Positions 1 to 11,034 are shown, counted from the stretch's first letter. The stretch: DNA of 64,000 nucleotides from Pseudomonadota bacterium (GCA_030271615.1 JARXKP010000001.1:5743-69742), one strand, 5' to 3'. Notes: generated by a model not told the origin, from the letters alone. Made by a program: numbers and translations.

Positions 1-6
1 CCCACC

Positions 7-1164
7 TTGAACAGCAGCCCCCCCAACGAGAACGATCAGACGCAGGATTTCACGATCCTGACCATCACGCGCTCCACCATCGCGCCCAAGGTCGCGTCGG
101 AAAAGCGTGAGCATTTTCTGGTGGCGATCCAGGGCAGTCAGACCGGTCGGCGACTTCGCTTCGGGCCCGATCAACCGATCACCGTGGGACGCAAGATGGT
201 GTGTGATTTCGTGCTGCCCGATGCCGAGGTCTCGGGCAGACACTGCGAGATCAGTGCCAGGCCCGACGACGCCGACGCCGCCGTGACCGACCTTCAGTCG
301 ACCAACGGCACCTTCGTCGAAGGCAAGCGTCTGGCGGGATCGGCCCGTCTGCCCAACGGTGGCCTGCTGCAGCTGGGCAGCCATGTGCTGAAACACGAAT
401 ACCGACTGCCGAGCGAGCTCGAACAATCGCTCGAACTGGACCGCGATCTCGAAAAGGCCAGCAGCTATGTGAAGGCGCTGTTGCCCGCGCCGATACGCGA
501 CGGCCCGGTTCGCACGGACTGGTTCTTCCTGCCCTCGACGACACTCGGCGGCGATGCCTTCGGCTACCAGCAACTCGACGACGACACCTTCGCGGGCTAC
601 GTGGTCGATGTGTCGGGCCACGGTGCAGGCGCGGCGATGCACAGCGTGACGGTGATGAACGTGTTGCGGCAGCGTGCCTTGCCCAACACCGACTTCCGCG
701 ATCCGGCTCAAGTGCTGCTCAGCCTGAACGCCATGTTCCAGATGGAAAGCCACGGCGGCATGTACTTCTCCATCTGGTACGGCGTCTACGAGCCCAAGAC
801 ACGGCTGCTGCGCTACTCGTCAGCGGGTCACCACCCGTCCTACCTGGCCCAGCCTTCTCGCCAGGAAATGACACCGCTGCAGACCCGAAACCTGATGATC
901 GGCGCGATGCCCGAAGCGAAGTTCATCGCCAGCAGCGTAGAAGTGATGCCCGGCAGCGTGCTCTACGTCTTCAGCGACGGCGTGTTCGAAGTCGTCACCA
1001 AGGAAGGCACGCAATGGGGTCTGCAGGATTTCCTGCCGCTGCTGCGACGGCCGGCCGACGCCGACGTGAGTGAGCCCGAACGACTCTACCGAGCCGTGCA
1101 GGACGTTGCCCGCCCCGGGGCGTTCGACGATGATTTTTCAATGCTCGTTGTCACGTTCGTGTAG
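7..1164 (+). CDS. FHA-domain / PP2C (SpoIIE, RsbU-type) serine phosphatase
   Basis: 385-aa ORF. N-terminal FHA signature (ITVGR..CDFVLPD..VSGRHCEI..DLQSTNGTFV). C-terminal SpoIIE/PP2C blocks (GGDAFGY, VVDVSGHGAGAAMHS, FSDGVFE, DDDFSMLV). The frame is open to the window edge, so the gene may be 5'-partial. Confidence 0.8.
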   Translation: MNSSPPNENDQTQDFTILTITRSTIAPKVASEKREHFLVAIQGSQTGRRLRFGPDQPITVGRKMVCDFVLPDAEVSGRHCEISARPDDADAAVTDLQSTNGTFVEGKRLAGSARLPNGGLLQLGSHVLKHEYRLPSELEQSLELDRDLEKASSYVKALLPAPIRDGPVRTDWFFLPSTTLGGDAFGYQQLDDDTFAGYVVDVSGHGAGAAMHSVTVMNVLRQRALPNTDFRDPAQVLLSLNAMFQMESHGGMYFSIWYGVYEPKTRLLRYSSAGHHPSYLAQPSRQEMTPLQTRNLMIGAMPEAKFIASSVEVMPGSVLYVFSDGVFEVVTKEGTQWGLQDFLPLLRRPADADVSEPERLYRAVQDVARPGAFDDDFSMLVVTFV

Positions 1165-1242
1165 CGCACCCGCCATATTCTTGTCATGTCATGCGGCACG
1201 ATCCGTGGCGCAAACTCAATCCACACAACGAAGGGATCTCCA

Positions 1243-1584
1243 ATGGACATGGACGTGACTGAAATCGACGGGCCTCTGACGCACATCCGCCTGACCGGGC
1301 GGCTCGATTCGCCAGGGGTGGACCGCATTGAAATCAAGTTCACGGCAGCGGTGGTATCGCGCGGTCGCAGCGTCGTGGTGGACCTGTCAGGCGTCGATTT
1401 TCTGGCGTCGATGGGCATCCGCATGTTCATCGCAACGGCTCGCGCCCTGCACCTGAAGGGTTCCAAGATGGTGCTGTTCGGCGCCACTGATGCCGTGTTC
1501 AGCGTGCTCGAACACGTCGCGCTGGATCAGATCATCCCGATCGCAGCCACCGAGGCCGAAGCGATCGAGCGTCTGCGCGGCTGA
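1243..1584 (+). CDS. STAS-domain anti-sigma-factor antagonist (SpoIIAA/RsbV-like)
   Basis: ORF 1186..1584. ATG 1243 (MDMDVTEIDG) follows AAGGGA and gives a typical ~113-aa STAS protein. Motif VVDLSGVDFLASMGIRMF contains the usual phospho-Ser position. Confidence 0.75.
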   Translation: MDMDVTEIDGPLTHIRLTGRLDSPGVDRIEIKFTAAVVSRGRSVVVDLSGVDFLASMGIRMFIATARALHLKGSKMVLFGATDAVFSVLEHVALDQIIPIAATEAEAIERLRG

Positions 1585-1635
1585 GGCCGGTACGTCCGGC
1601 ATCTGCAGGAACAATCACCGCGGAGAGAGTTCGCC

Positions 1636-2085
1636 ATGGCAGGTGACGCATCAGTCCCCAGGTCTGCCGAGATCACCCGGCTCAGGATGAAGCTGCCGAA
1701 CAACCGTGACGGCTTCGACGCGACCCGCCAGGCGGTTCTGGACCTGCTCGCGCCCCACCAGCCCAGCGCGAAACTGCTGTTCAGCGTCGAGCTCGTCCTC
1801 GAAGAGACGCTGATGAACGTCATCTGGCACGCCTACACCGATGCAGCCGAGCACTGGATTGAACTGGATGTGCAGGTCGACCCCGACGACATCGTCATGA
1901 GCTTCGAAGACGACGGCGTCGCCTTCGACCCGCTGCAGGCAACCGAGCCGGCATTGCCGAATTCGCTCGAAGAGGCGGTCCCGGGAGGACTGGGCCTGAT
2001 GCTGGTTCGCAAGTACGCCAGGTTGATTACCTACCGACGCAGCGACGGCCGCAATCACCTGACCCTGCGGCTGGCCCGCCACTGA
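1636..2085 (+). CDS. anti-sigma regulatory factor, Ser/Thr protein kinase (RsbW/SpoIIAB-like HATPase_c)
   Basis: 149 aa. N-box-like EETLMNVIWHA, G1-like FEDDGVAFDP, G2-like VPGGLGLMLVRKYA. Lies directly after the STAS gene. Confidence 0.7.
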   Translation: MAGDASVPRSAEITRLRMKLPNNRDGFDATRQAVLDLLAPHQPSAKLLFSVELVLEETLMNVIWHAYTDAAEHWIELDVQVDPDDIVMSFEDDGVAFDPLQATEPALPNSLEEAVPGGLGLMLVRKYARLITYRRSDGRNHLTLRLARH

Positions 2086-2411
2086 CCTGCCTGCGGTCGG
2101 AGCACCGGCCTGGCGGTTCAGGGCGGACTCCCGGAGACGATCGACGGGTTGAATGATCCGACAAAGGTCTGCCCCTCTGCGCGCACCGCAACGCCCGCCA
2201 GCAGGCTGGCGATCGACTGGGACGAGACCGACACTGGCGTCGCACGCGGCAGATAAAACACCGCAATTCCGTCGCTATTCGCCCGATGCGGTGCCGTTAG
2301 CATCGGCAGCATGCAACTTTGTCCGGGACGAACGCGTGGAATGCCCGATCCCGAGCCGAATCCCCGCTTCGATTCATCACGGCTGGACATGCTGATCCTC
2401 AAGAATCACTC

Positions 2412-3179
2412 GTGAACACAGATCGCATTTCGTCGTTTGAATCGGTACCGGGCGAACGCATCCGCAATCTTCAGCACCCGGTCGTGTTGAAGGGCGTTTC
2501 GCGCACGTACCGGCTCGACTCGGTCGACGTGCCTGCGTTGATCGACATCAACCTCGTCATCTTGCCGAATCGGTTCACCGTCATCTCCGGGCAATCGGGC
2601 AGCGGCAAGACCACCCTGCTCAACCTGATCGGCTGCATCGACCGCCCCGATCAGGGCACGATCATGGTGGGCGGCAAGCCGGTGCAGACCATGGACGACG
2701 ACTCGCTGTCGGACTTTCGGGCGCGGCAGCTCGGCTTCATCTTCCAGAACTTCAACCTGCTGCCGGTGCTCACCGCCTTCGAGAACGTCGAATACCCGCT
2801 CGTGCTGACCGGCATGGCCCCCGGCAAGCGTCGAGCCCGCGTCGAGAAGCTGCTGGACGCCGTGGGCCTGGCTGATCGCGCGAACAACCGGCCGGGTCAG
2901 CTGTCGGGCGGACAGCGTCAGCGTGTGGCCATCGCACGCGCGCTGGCACGACGGCCGCAACTCGTGCTGGCCGATGAGCCCACGGCGAACCTCGACAGCA
3001 AGACCGGCACCGAGATCATCGAACTGATGCGCAGCATGCAGCAGCGCCACCATGTGTCGTTCATCTTCTCGTCGCACGACCCGAAAGTGCTCGAGGCGGC
3101 GGACGACGCCGTGCACATCCATGATGGGCGCATCACGTCGATCGAACGGCGCCTGGCGCTGGCGGAGTCACGGCTGTGA
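2412..3179 (+). CDS. ABC transporter ATP-binding protein (LolD/MacB-type ATPase)
   Basis: Walker A GQSGSGKTT, Q-loop, signature LSGGQRQRVAIARAL, Walker B LVLADEPT, H-loop SSHD. ORF is open from 2319; the in-frame GTG at 2412 gives a normal-length N-terminus, but the start is uncertain. Confidence 0.85.
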   Translation: MNTDRISSFESVPGERIRNLQHPVVLKGVSRTYRLDSVDVPALIDINLVILPNRFTVISGQSGSGKTTLLNLIGCIDRPDQGTIMVGGKPVQTMDDDSLSDFRARQLGFIFQNFNLLPVLTAFENVEYPLVLTGMAPGKRRARVEKLLDAVGLADRANNRPGQLSGGQRQRVAIARALARRPQLVLADEPTANLDSKTGTEIIELMRSMQQRHHVSFIFSSHDPKVLEAADDAVHIHDGRITSIERRLALAESRL

Positions 3180-4054
3180 ACGCGCTGTCGCTGGCCTGCC
3201 GCCATCTGTTGCGCCACCCGTGGCGCTGGAACCCGGTCCGACATCCGGCCCAGCGGGCGGAGGCCCTTGCTCGAAACCGTGCCCTCGCCCTTGGGGCTGC
3301 GGTCGTCACGGCCTGCATGAGCCTCGGCACACTTGTTCAGGCCGCTCCAGATGCCCAGACCATCCTCGCCGCCAGCGATGCGGTCCGCAATCCGTCCAAG
3401 TCTTTCGCCGTGACGGTCACACTGATCGAGTACCGCAATTCGAAGCAGACCGACAACAACACGCTGACCGTCTACTCGAAGGCCGACAGCGTGAGCGGTC
3501 AGTACCGCAGCCTGCTGCGCTTCGTCGCGCCGCAGCGGGATGCCAACAAGCTGATGCTCAAGAGCGGCAACGACCTGTGGTTCTTCGACCCGGCCAGCCA
3601 GGCGAGCGTGCGCCTGTCGCCGCAGCAGCGATTGCTGGGGCAGGCGTCGAACGGCGACGTGGTCACCGTCAACCTGGCGAAAGACTACGCCGCCGAGTTG
3701 CAAGGCGAAGAAGACCTCGCCGATGGCGAGCGTGTGATGCGCCATTGCCACAAGCTCGACCTCGCGGCGACATCGCCCGACGTGACCTACCACCGCGTGG
3801 AAATGTGGGTCGAAGCGGCCTCGTGGCGGCCGGTCAAGGCCCGCTTTTTCGCGGAAAGCGGCCACCTGCTGAAGACCGCCTATTACCGAAAATTCCAGCA
3901 TCAACTGGGCCGCGAGCGGCCGACCGAGGTCGTCATCATCGACGGACTCGATCCCGCCTGGGTGACCGTGATGCGTTACAGCGATTACGCGTGGCGCGAG
4001 GTGCCGGAGTCCTGGTTGCAACGGGACTACCTGCCGCGCTTCAAACCGGAGTGA
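3176..4054 (+). CDS. outer-membrane lipoprotein-sorting (LolA-like) family protein, probable lipoprotein
   Basis: GTG overlaps the ABC stop (GTGA). Signal/lipobox-like ALGAAVVTAC. The body (ILAASDAVRNP..TLTVYSK..LLRFVAPQRDANKLMLKSGNDLWFFDP) resembles LolA-like proteins usually linked to MacB-type transporters. Assigned by recognition only. Confidence 0.5.
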   Translation: MNALSLACRHLLRHPWRWNPVRHPAQRAEALARNRALALGAAVVTACMSLGTLVQAAPDAQTILAASDAVRNPSKSFAVTVTLIEYRNSKQTDNNTLTVYSKADSVSGQYRSLLRFVAPQRDANKLMLKSGNDLWFFDPASQASVRLSPQQRLLGQASNGDVVTVNLAKDYAAELQGEEDLADGERVMRHCHKLDLAATSPDVTYHRVEMWVEAASWRPVKARFFAESGHLLKTAYYRKFQHQLGRERPTEVVIIDGLDPAWVTVMRYSDYAWREVPESWLQRDYLPRFKPE

Positions 4055-4056
4055 GC

Positions 4057-5334
4057 ATGCGACTGGGTACCTTCCTGCTTCAACTGACGCTGGCGTTCGC
4101 CGCATCAGCCCACGCGGCCGAGCCACCGGACGCGCTCCCCGACGACCTCGACGCGCTCTCGCTGGCCGACAAGGCGCCGACGACCCCGCCCCAGGCGGTT
4201 CAGGCGTGGCGCATCTTCGCGGAAGGGGCGTTCGGACAAACCAAGATCGGTGGCGCCGATCCGCGTTTCGAATCCAGTCGCGCATCGCTGGACGTTCGCT
4301 TCGATGCCCATGTGGCCCCCGGATTGCGAGCCGTGTTCTCCGACCGTTTCGATCGCCTCCACAGCAACGGCAAGCCGAGTGCAGACGATGTCAACACGCT
4401 GCGCGAGGCGTACCTGAGCTGGGCTCGAACCGACGAGCAGATCGTCGATTTCGGCCGGGTCAACGTGCGCCGCGGTGCAGCCTTCGGATACAACCCGACG
4501 GACTGGTTCAAGGAAGGCGCGCTGCGCTCGATCGTCTCGCCCGACCCGATGGTGCTGCGCGAGAACCGGCAAGGCACGGTGGTGCTGCAGGGGCAACAGT
4601 TGTGGAGCGCAGGCTCCCTCACGGCGACCTTCTCGCCGCGCCTCGCTCGCCAGCCGAACCCGGGCACCTTCTCGCTCAACGTCGGCGCCACCAACCCGCG
4701 CAACCGATGGCTGCTGACCGGCAGCACCAAATTCAGCGACAGGTTCAATTCGGAGCTGCTGCTGTACGGAGGCGACGACACACGTCCCCAGGTCGGCTTG
4801 AACGTGTCCGGACTGATCAGCGACGCAGCCGTCGTGTTCGGGGAGTTCACCGCCGGCAAAGGTCGCTCGCTGGTGGCACAGGCGCTTCAACTCGACCAGG
4901 CCAGGCACCAGCAGGAACGCGCCGCCGTGGGTTTGACCTACACCACCGCACTGAACCTCAGCATCACCGCCGAGGCCGAGTACAACAGTGCAGCGCCGGG
5001 CCGCGGCCAGTGGAACGCACTGCCGGGCATCGATCCCTACGGCCGCCTGCGCGTGCTGGCCACGCAACCCTCATTGCAGGACCTGCCGATGCGTCGTGCG
5101 TTGTTCGTCTACGCGAAGTGGAAAGACCTGCTCGTGCGCCAGTTCGATGTGTCGGCTTTCGTGCGCGGCGACTCGGAAACCCACAGCCGTGCCCAATGGC
5201 TGGAGGCGCGCTATCACTGGGACAGCGCCGAAATCGCCCTGCAGTGGCAGCTGTATTCCGGAAGCTCGGGCTCGTTCTACGGAAGCATTCCGCAACGCCG
5301 GGCGATCGAGCTGGCCTTGCGTTACTACCTGTAG
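4057..5334 (+). CDS. putative outer-membrane beta-barrel protein
   Basis: ATG 4057 lies 2 nt after the previous stop. Clear signal peptide MRLGTFLLQLTLAFAASAHA|AEPP. Alternating beta-strand-like sequence with aromatic-rich C-terminus (LALRYYL). The track ORF 3052..5334 is read-through upstream of the true start. Confidence 0.45.
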   Translation: MRLGTFLLQLTLAFAASAHAAEPPDALPDDLDALSLADKAPTTPPQAVQAWRIFAEGAFGQTKIGGADPRFESSRASLDVRFDAHVAPGLRAVFSDRFDRLHSNGKPSADDVNTLREAYLSWARTDEQIVDFGRVNVRRGAAFGYNPTDWFKEGALRSIVSPDPMVLRENRQGTVVLQGQQLWSAGSLTATFSPRLARQPNPGTFSLNVGATNPRNRWLLTGSTKFSDRFNSELLLYGGDDTRPQVGLNVSGLISDAAVVFGEFTAGKGRSLVAQALQLDQARHQQERAAVGLTYTTALNLSITAEAEYNSAAPGRGQWNALPGIDPYGRLRVLATQPSLQDLPMRRALFVYAKWKDLLVRQFDVSAFVRGDSETHSRAQWLEARYHWDSAEIALQWQLYSGSSGSFYGSIPQRRAIELALRYYL

Positions 5335-5389
5335 AGGCATACTCGCCACCCGGCGCCTGGGCGCCTGTCAACGCCATGGGAGGGCACGC

Positions 5390-6507
5390 GTGGTCACTGC
5401 ACCCTCATACGACTTCGATCCTTCCTGGCAAGGTCACGACCAGGAAGCTCGCCTGTTGGTGGAACTGCTGCGTACCTCGCGTTTGACGGTGCTGTATTGC
5501 GAATCGGGTGCGAACAAGACCGCATTTCTGCAGTCGGCGCTGATGCCGCTGCTGCGCCGCCGAGCGGGTGACCGCCTCGTACCGGCCAGCGCCCGTGAAT
5601 CCGGGGTGGTCGTGCCCTTTCCCGATCGGCGCAAGCGCTCCGCAGGCAAGGCATCGAAACGCAAACGCGAGTTCGTCGTTCACTTCGACGACTGGACCGG
5701 TGACCCACTGTCTGCGTTGCTGTCCCGCGTCCAGGATTCCGCAGGCATCGCGGCCGACGAACGGGCGGCCACGCCGCAGCGCCTGAGCGACGCCCTGGAC
5801 GCCCTGAGCGGCAGGCTCGATGCCCATTTCATCATCCTGCTCGACCGCTTCGAGGAGTTCCTGCGCACTCCAACGGATCACGAAGGACACGGCCGGTTCA
5901 CGAACCAGTGGGTCGAGGCCATCCATCGACCGGATCTGCCGGCCAATTTCCTGATTTCCCTGGACGACGACGCTCGCCCGCGGCTGGCCCGCCTGCGCAG
6001 CCTCATTCCCGACCTCGACGACTTCTCGCTGAAGCTGGGGCGTCCTCCGGGCGTCAAGACATCGCTGGCGCCGCCGGACGAACCAGAAGCTCCCGCAGGC
6101 ATCGCGGTCGGGGCCCCGCCGATCCTGACCGAGACCGTCACGCCGCTCGAGCCGGCGCCGTCAGTGGCCGTCGTCCCGAGGGCATCCGCCGCGTCGACCC
6201 ACCCCCCGCGGCGCCCGCCCGCGCGGTCGCCCGGCCGAAGGTCAAGCGCCCAACGCCGCCGCGGACCGCCGTCAAGACCGAAGACGTCTACGCGTTGATC
6301 GAAGCCACCCTGGCCCGCACCGCGACATCGAACACGAACGATCCGTTCCAGGAGGACGATCTGGCGACCGACGCGGCGCCTGCCGACGCAGAAATCCCGC
6401 CGCCGGCGCGCGTGGTTGAGCCGACCCCAACGGCTGCGGCGACAGCTGGCTGGTGTGTCGTTTTCAAGCGGATCGGCCAATGGCTGGGTCTCGGATCCCG
6501 GCCCTAG
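5390..6507 (+). pseudogene. STAND/P-loop-like protein with degenerate Walker A; apparent frameshift at a poly-C tract
   Basis: GTG 5390 follows GGGAGGG. LTVLYCESGANKTAFLQSALMPLL resembles the GxSGxGKS..L.P.L N-terminus of STAND NTPases but has C and N in place of the two Gly. IILLDRFEEF is Walker-B-like. Third-position GC shows the coding frame switching from the 4988..6298 frame to the 5908..6507 frame between 6180 and 6240. Confidence 0.45.
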
Positions 6508-6658
6508 CCACAGGCGCAAGTGCATGAACTGGGCGGGTGCTGACGGCCCTGCTTGCAAGCAAATGCTTCAAGACCCGTAATCAACTCACGAATACGGGGG
6601 CTCGGGCTGAAACGCTCCGTGCGAGACTTATGCGATGTTTGTCAAACCGCCCTGAAAC

Positions 6659-7950
<1,292 letters not shown>

Positions 7951-7951
<1 letters not shown>

Positions 7952-9006
7952 TGTCCTACGAATCGATCCAGTCCGATCTGCGGTCGACGCCGAAGACGTG
8001 GCTCGTCACCGGAGTCGCGGGGTTCATCGGATCGAACCTGCTGGAGACCTTGCTCAAGCTCGATCAGCGCGTTGTCGGCCTCGACAACTTCGCGACCGGG
8101 CATCAACGCAACCTCGAGGAGGTCGAATCACTGGTCGGCGCAGAGCGTTGGTCCCGCTTCAACTTCATCCAGGGCGACATTCGTGCGTTGCAGGATTGCC
8201 GGACCGCCTGCGCCGCTGTGGACTTCGTTCTTCATCAGGCGGCCCTCGGCAGCGTGCCGCGTTCACTGGCCGATCCGATCACGACGAACGCCGTCAACGT
8301 CGACGGATTTCTGAACATGCTGGTCGCCGCGCGAGATGCAAAGGTGCAGCGCTTTGTCTACGCCGCGAGCAGTTCGACCTACGGCGACCATCCCGCGTTG
8401 CCGAAAATCGAGAACCGGATCGGCGCGCCGTTGTCACCCTATGCGGTGACGAAGCTCGTGAACGAGCTGTACGCCGACGTGTTCGCGCGCGCCTACGGAT
8501 TGCAGAGCATCGGCCTGCGCTATTTCAACGTGTTCGGCCCGCGCCAGGATCCGGAAGGCGCCTATGCCGCGGTCATCCCGAAATGGATCGCCGCCCTGAT
8601 GGCGGGCCGACCGGTCCAAATCTACGGCGACGGCAAGACGAGCCGAGATTTCTGCTACGTCGCCAACGCGGTGCAGGCCAACCTGCTGGCGGCCTGCGCT
8701 GCGGGCGACAAGGCCGTCAACCAGATCTACAACGTCGCGGTCGGCGACCGCACGAGCTTGAGCGAACTGTTCGACTTGTTGCGACAGAACCTGGCCGCGA
8801 TCTATCCGCAGCTTCGGGATGCCCAACCGCTGTACGCCGACTTCCGGGCCGGCGATGTGCAGCATTCGCAGGCCGACATTTCGAAGGCCGCGGAACGCCT
8901 GGGGTACCGACCCAGCCACCGCGTGGCTGCAGGTCTGGCTCAGGCGATGCAGTGGTACACGAAGCAGGCGGCGCTCAACGGCTCGGGGCACACCCCGACA
9001 CCGTGA
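7951..9006 (+). CDS. wbpP: UDP-N-acetylhexosamine (uronate) C4-epimerase, SDR family (WbpP/TviC-like)
   Basis: ATG 7951 overlaps the upstream stop (TGATG) and follows [50 protein letters not shown] and YAVTK (YxxxK) closely recall WbpP/TviC. Confidence 0.8.
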
Positions 9007-9010
9007 GGAT

Positions 9011-9031
9011 GAGGGTTCAGGCCTGACCCTC
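9011..9031. terminator. imperfect GC hairpin between convergent genes (possible bidirectional terminator)
   Basis: GAGGGTTCAGG/CCTGA-CCCTC inverted repeat spans the gap between the stop at 9006 (+) and the stop at 9017 (-). No clear U-tract. Confidence 0.3.
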
Positions 9032-10969
9032 GGGATCGAGGTCGCGCCGAGGGGTGTTTCCCGTCACTTCCACCGCAAGCAGCGCGACAAGCAGCAACAG
9101 GAACGCGACGCGCGGGACGTCCATCACGCTGCTCACCAGGCCCACGCAAAGTGCGCCGCACAGCGAGGCGGCCAGGAACGGCGCGATGGGCCGGCGGCGG
9201 CCCGCCGCGTCGAGAAGGCGGTTGAGCGCCCACCCCATGCACAGCAGGAATGCCACCAGCGAGAACGCTCCGCGCTCGATCAGCAATTCGAGATAGAGGT
9301 TGTCGATGTGCCACGGCACATAGAAGCCCTGCGCTGACGGATACCAGCGCGCCAGTCCTTCGGAAAAATCACGGTTGACCAACATCTCGAGTCGGTCCGG
9401 TCCGGCCAGGCTGATGTTGTCGATTTCGACCACGCCACCGGCATTGACCACGGCCATCGAGAAGACTCCCAGGCGAGGCGCCCACGCACGACCGATGTCG
9501 AGCAACGGCCCGCGCAATGAGGCGACAACGTGGCGCCATGCCGAACCGTCGGGATTCACCCGGATCCAGGCCGACTGGCAATTTCTCGGGTACAGCAGAT
9601 GCATCTCGCAGAGCTGGACCTCGATGAGGGCCGCCGTCCTGGCGCGAACATCCAACGCCACTTCATAGGGCAGCATCGGATACAGCGCCACACGCTGAGT
9701 CAGGGTCAGCAACCCATTGAAGTGCAACGGCATCTTCGGCCCCGACACGACGACTGAGCCCGACGGCTGACCGGGCGCAGACGGCACGAACTGCACGTCG
9801 CCAGGAAACTGCCGTTCCGCGACAGCCTGCGAATAAGCGCCCGGCAGACGCCCCGTTCCGATCCCCACCGCCCCGTCAACCGGGGTCCGAATCAATCCCA
9901 GGCCGTTCTGCCAATGCCGGAGTCGACCGCCCATGTCACGGTCGGTCGCGGAAATGCGCTCCCGCATGAAGGAGCCCCATCCAAGCACGGCCGCCACCTC
10001 CAGACACAGCGCAACAGCCAACACGACACCAGCCAGGGTCCTCCATCGAATTCTCGGAAGACGCTGCCATCGCAGCATCACCGCCAGCAGAACCAGCGAA
10101 CCCACCACGGCGCCGTAGACGCCGCGTGAAAACGTCGTGAGGCAGGCGTAACCCGTCAGCAGCGCCAGCGCAGCCGCCATCGACCACAGCAGCGGCGAGC
10201 GACACGTCCACAGCGCCCAGGCCACGAACGGTGTGGCCAGCGCCAGATACACGTCGATGGCGGCGCCGCCGACGTGCATCTCCCAGAACAACGCCGTGGT
10301 GCGATAGCGGGTCGAGAAATCCCACAGTCCGGTGTAGGCCAGACGCTCCCACACCACCGCCAGCGTGACCACCGACAGACCCACCAGCATGCCCGATGCG
10401 AAGCGCCGCACGGCGACGCCCGCGCCCCGCTCGATCTCTCGGCGTAACAGCGGCCAGATCAGCGCGGCATGCAGCAGGCTCTTGAAGACGCGCCAGCTGT
10501 TCAGCGGGTCGGTGTAACCCTGGAACCAGCCGGACGGATGATCGCCTGGCAACGCCAGGCCGCGAACGAAGGCCACGACACCGAGGGCCCCGAACACGAC
10601 CGCCATGCCGATGAAAGCCCGATCGCTGCGTCTGATGGGTGATGCGTCACGCAGAACCTCTCCGGCAAGCGCGATGTGCGCATAGCCACCCGCGGCCACG
10701 CCCCACAGCAGCAGGTCGAATTCCTCGAATACGACCCAGCCGGTCCATGGCGCAAAGTTCAGCAACGGCAGCAAGGCAGGCACGACGAACAGCCAGAGGC
10801 CCGACCGACATGCCACAACCACAGACCACAGCAGGAAGGCTGCAAGCACCGCAACAGGCGCCACGGGGTGGTGCCAAGCCAAGGTGACCCCGGCAGCAAC
10901 CGCTGCAACCGCTGAAAGCAGGGATGCCAGCGGAAGCGGGTCCAGGCCAGGTCGGCCGCGATCAAGCAT
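9017..10969 (-). CDS. O-antigen ligase/polymerase-like (Wzy_C) polytopic membrane protein with a large periplasmic beta-rich insert
   Basis: 650 aa with many TM helices. FSRGVYGA and WHIDNLYLELLIERG blocks are typical of the O-antigen ligase family. A ~170-aa non-membrane insert ends VEIDNISLAG..NRDFSEGLARW (CBM-like strands). Confidence 0.65.
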   Translation of the reverse strand: MLDRGRPGLDPLPLASLLSAVAAVAAGVTLAWHHPVAPVAVLAAFLLWSVVVACRSGLWLFVVPALLPLLNFAPWTGWVVFEEFDLLLWGVAAGGYAHIALAGEVLRDASPIRRSDRAFIGMAVVFGALGVVAFVRGLALPGDHPSGWFQGYTDPLNSWRVFKSLLHAALIWPLLRREIERGAGVAVRRFASGMLVGLSVVTLAVVWERLAYTGLWDFSTRYRTTALFWEMHVGGAAIDVYLALATPFVAWALWTCRSPLLWSMAAALALLTGYACLTTFSRGVYGAVVGSLVLLAVMLRWQRLPRIRWRTLAGVVLAVALCLEVAAVLGWGSFMRERISATDRDMGGRLRHWQNGLGLIRTPVDGAVGIGTGRLPGAYSQAVAERQFPGDVQFVPSAPGQPSGSVVVSGPKMPLHFNGLLTLTQRVALYPMLPYEVALDVRARTAALIEVQLCEMHLLYPRNCQSAWIRVNPDGSAWRHVVASLRGPLLDIGRAWAPRLGVFSMAVVNAGGVVEIDNISLAGPDRLEMLVNRDFSEGLARWYPSAQGFYVPWHIDNLYLELLIERGAFSLVAFLLCMGWALNRLLDAAGRRRPIAPFLAASLCGALCVGLVSSVMDVPRVAFLLLLVALLAVEVTGNTPRRDLDPEGQA

Positions 10970-11034
10970 TCAGCGACACGCCCGACATGCCCTGCCGTAA
11001 ACCTCGTTCGGCATCCCGCTCGCCAGTCTCCTGC

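Noticed and set aside
3052-4056. N-terminal 335 codons of the 760-aa track ORF 3052..5334.
   Set aside because: This part overlaps the ABC ATPase and LolA-like genes out of frame and translates to low-complexity Arg/Pro sequence. A proper ATG plus signal peptide occurs at 4057, right after the upstream stop.
2918-4285. Many long ORFs antisense to, or out of frame with, the called genes. Examples: 2918..4285(-), 6581..7933(-), 14994..16265(-), 36411..37445(+), 43418..44716(+), 47066..47974(+), 48215..49081(+), 49035..50156(+), 51439..52407(+), 53630..54637(+).
   Set aside because: These are typical shadow ORFs of high-GC DNA. Their translations are Arg/Ala/Pro/Gly-rich strings with no motifs. 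Each fully overlaps a gene with clear family signatures in another frame.
6551-6560. 10-bp perfect palindrome GCTTGCAAGC upstream of the WbpO-like gene as an operator.
   Set aside because: It is a single short palindrome of a size expected by chance in 64 kb. No second half-site or associated regulator gene is present.
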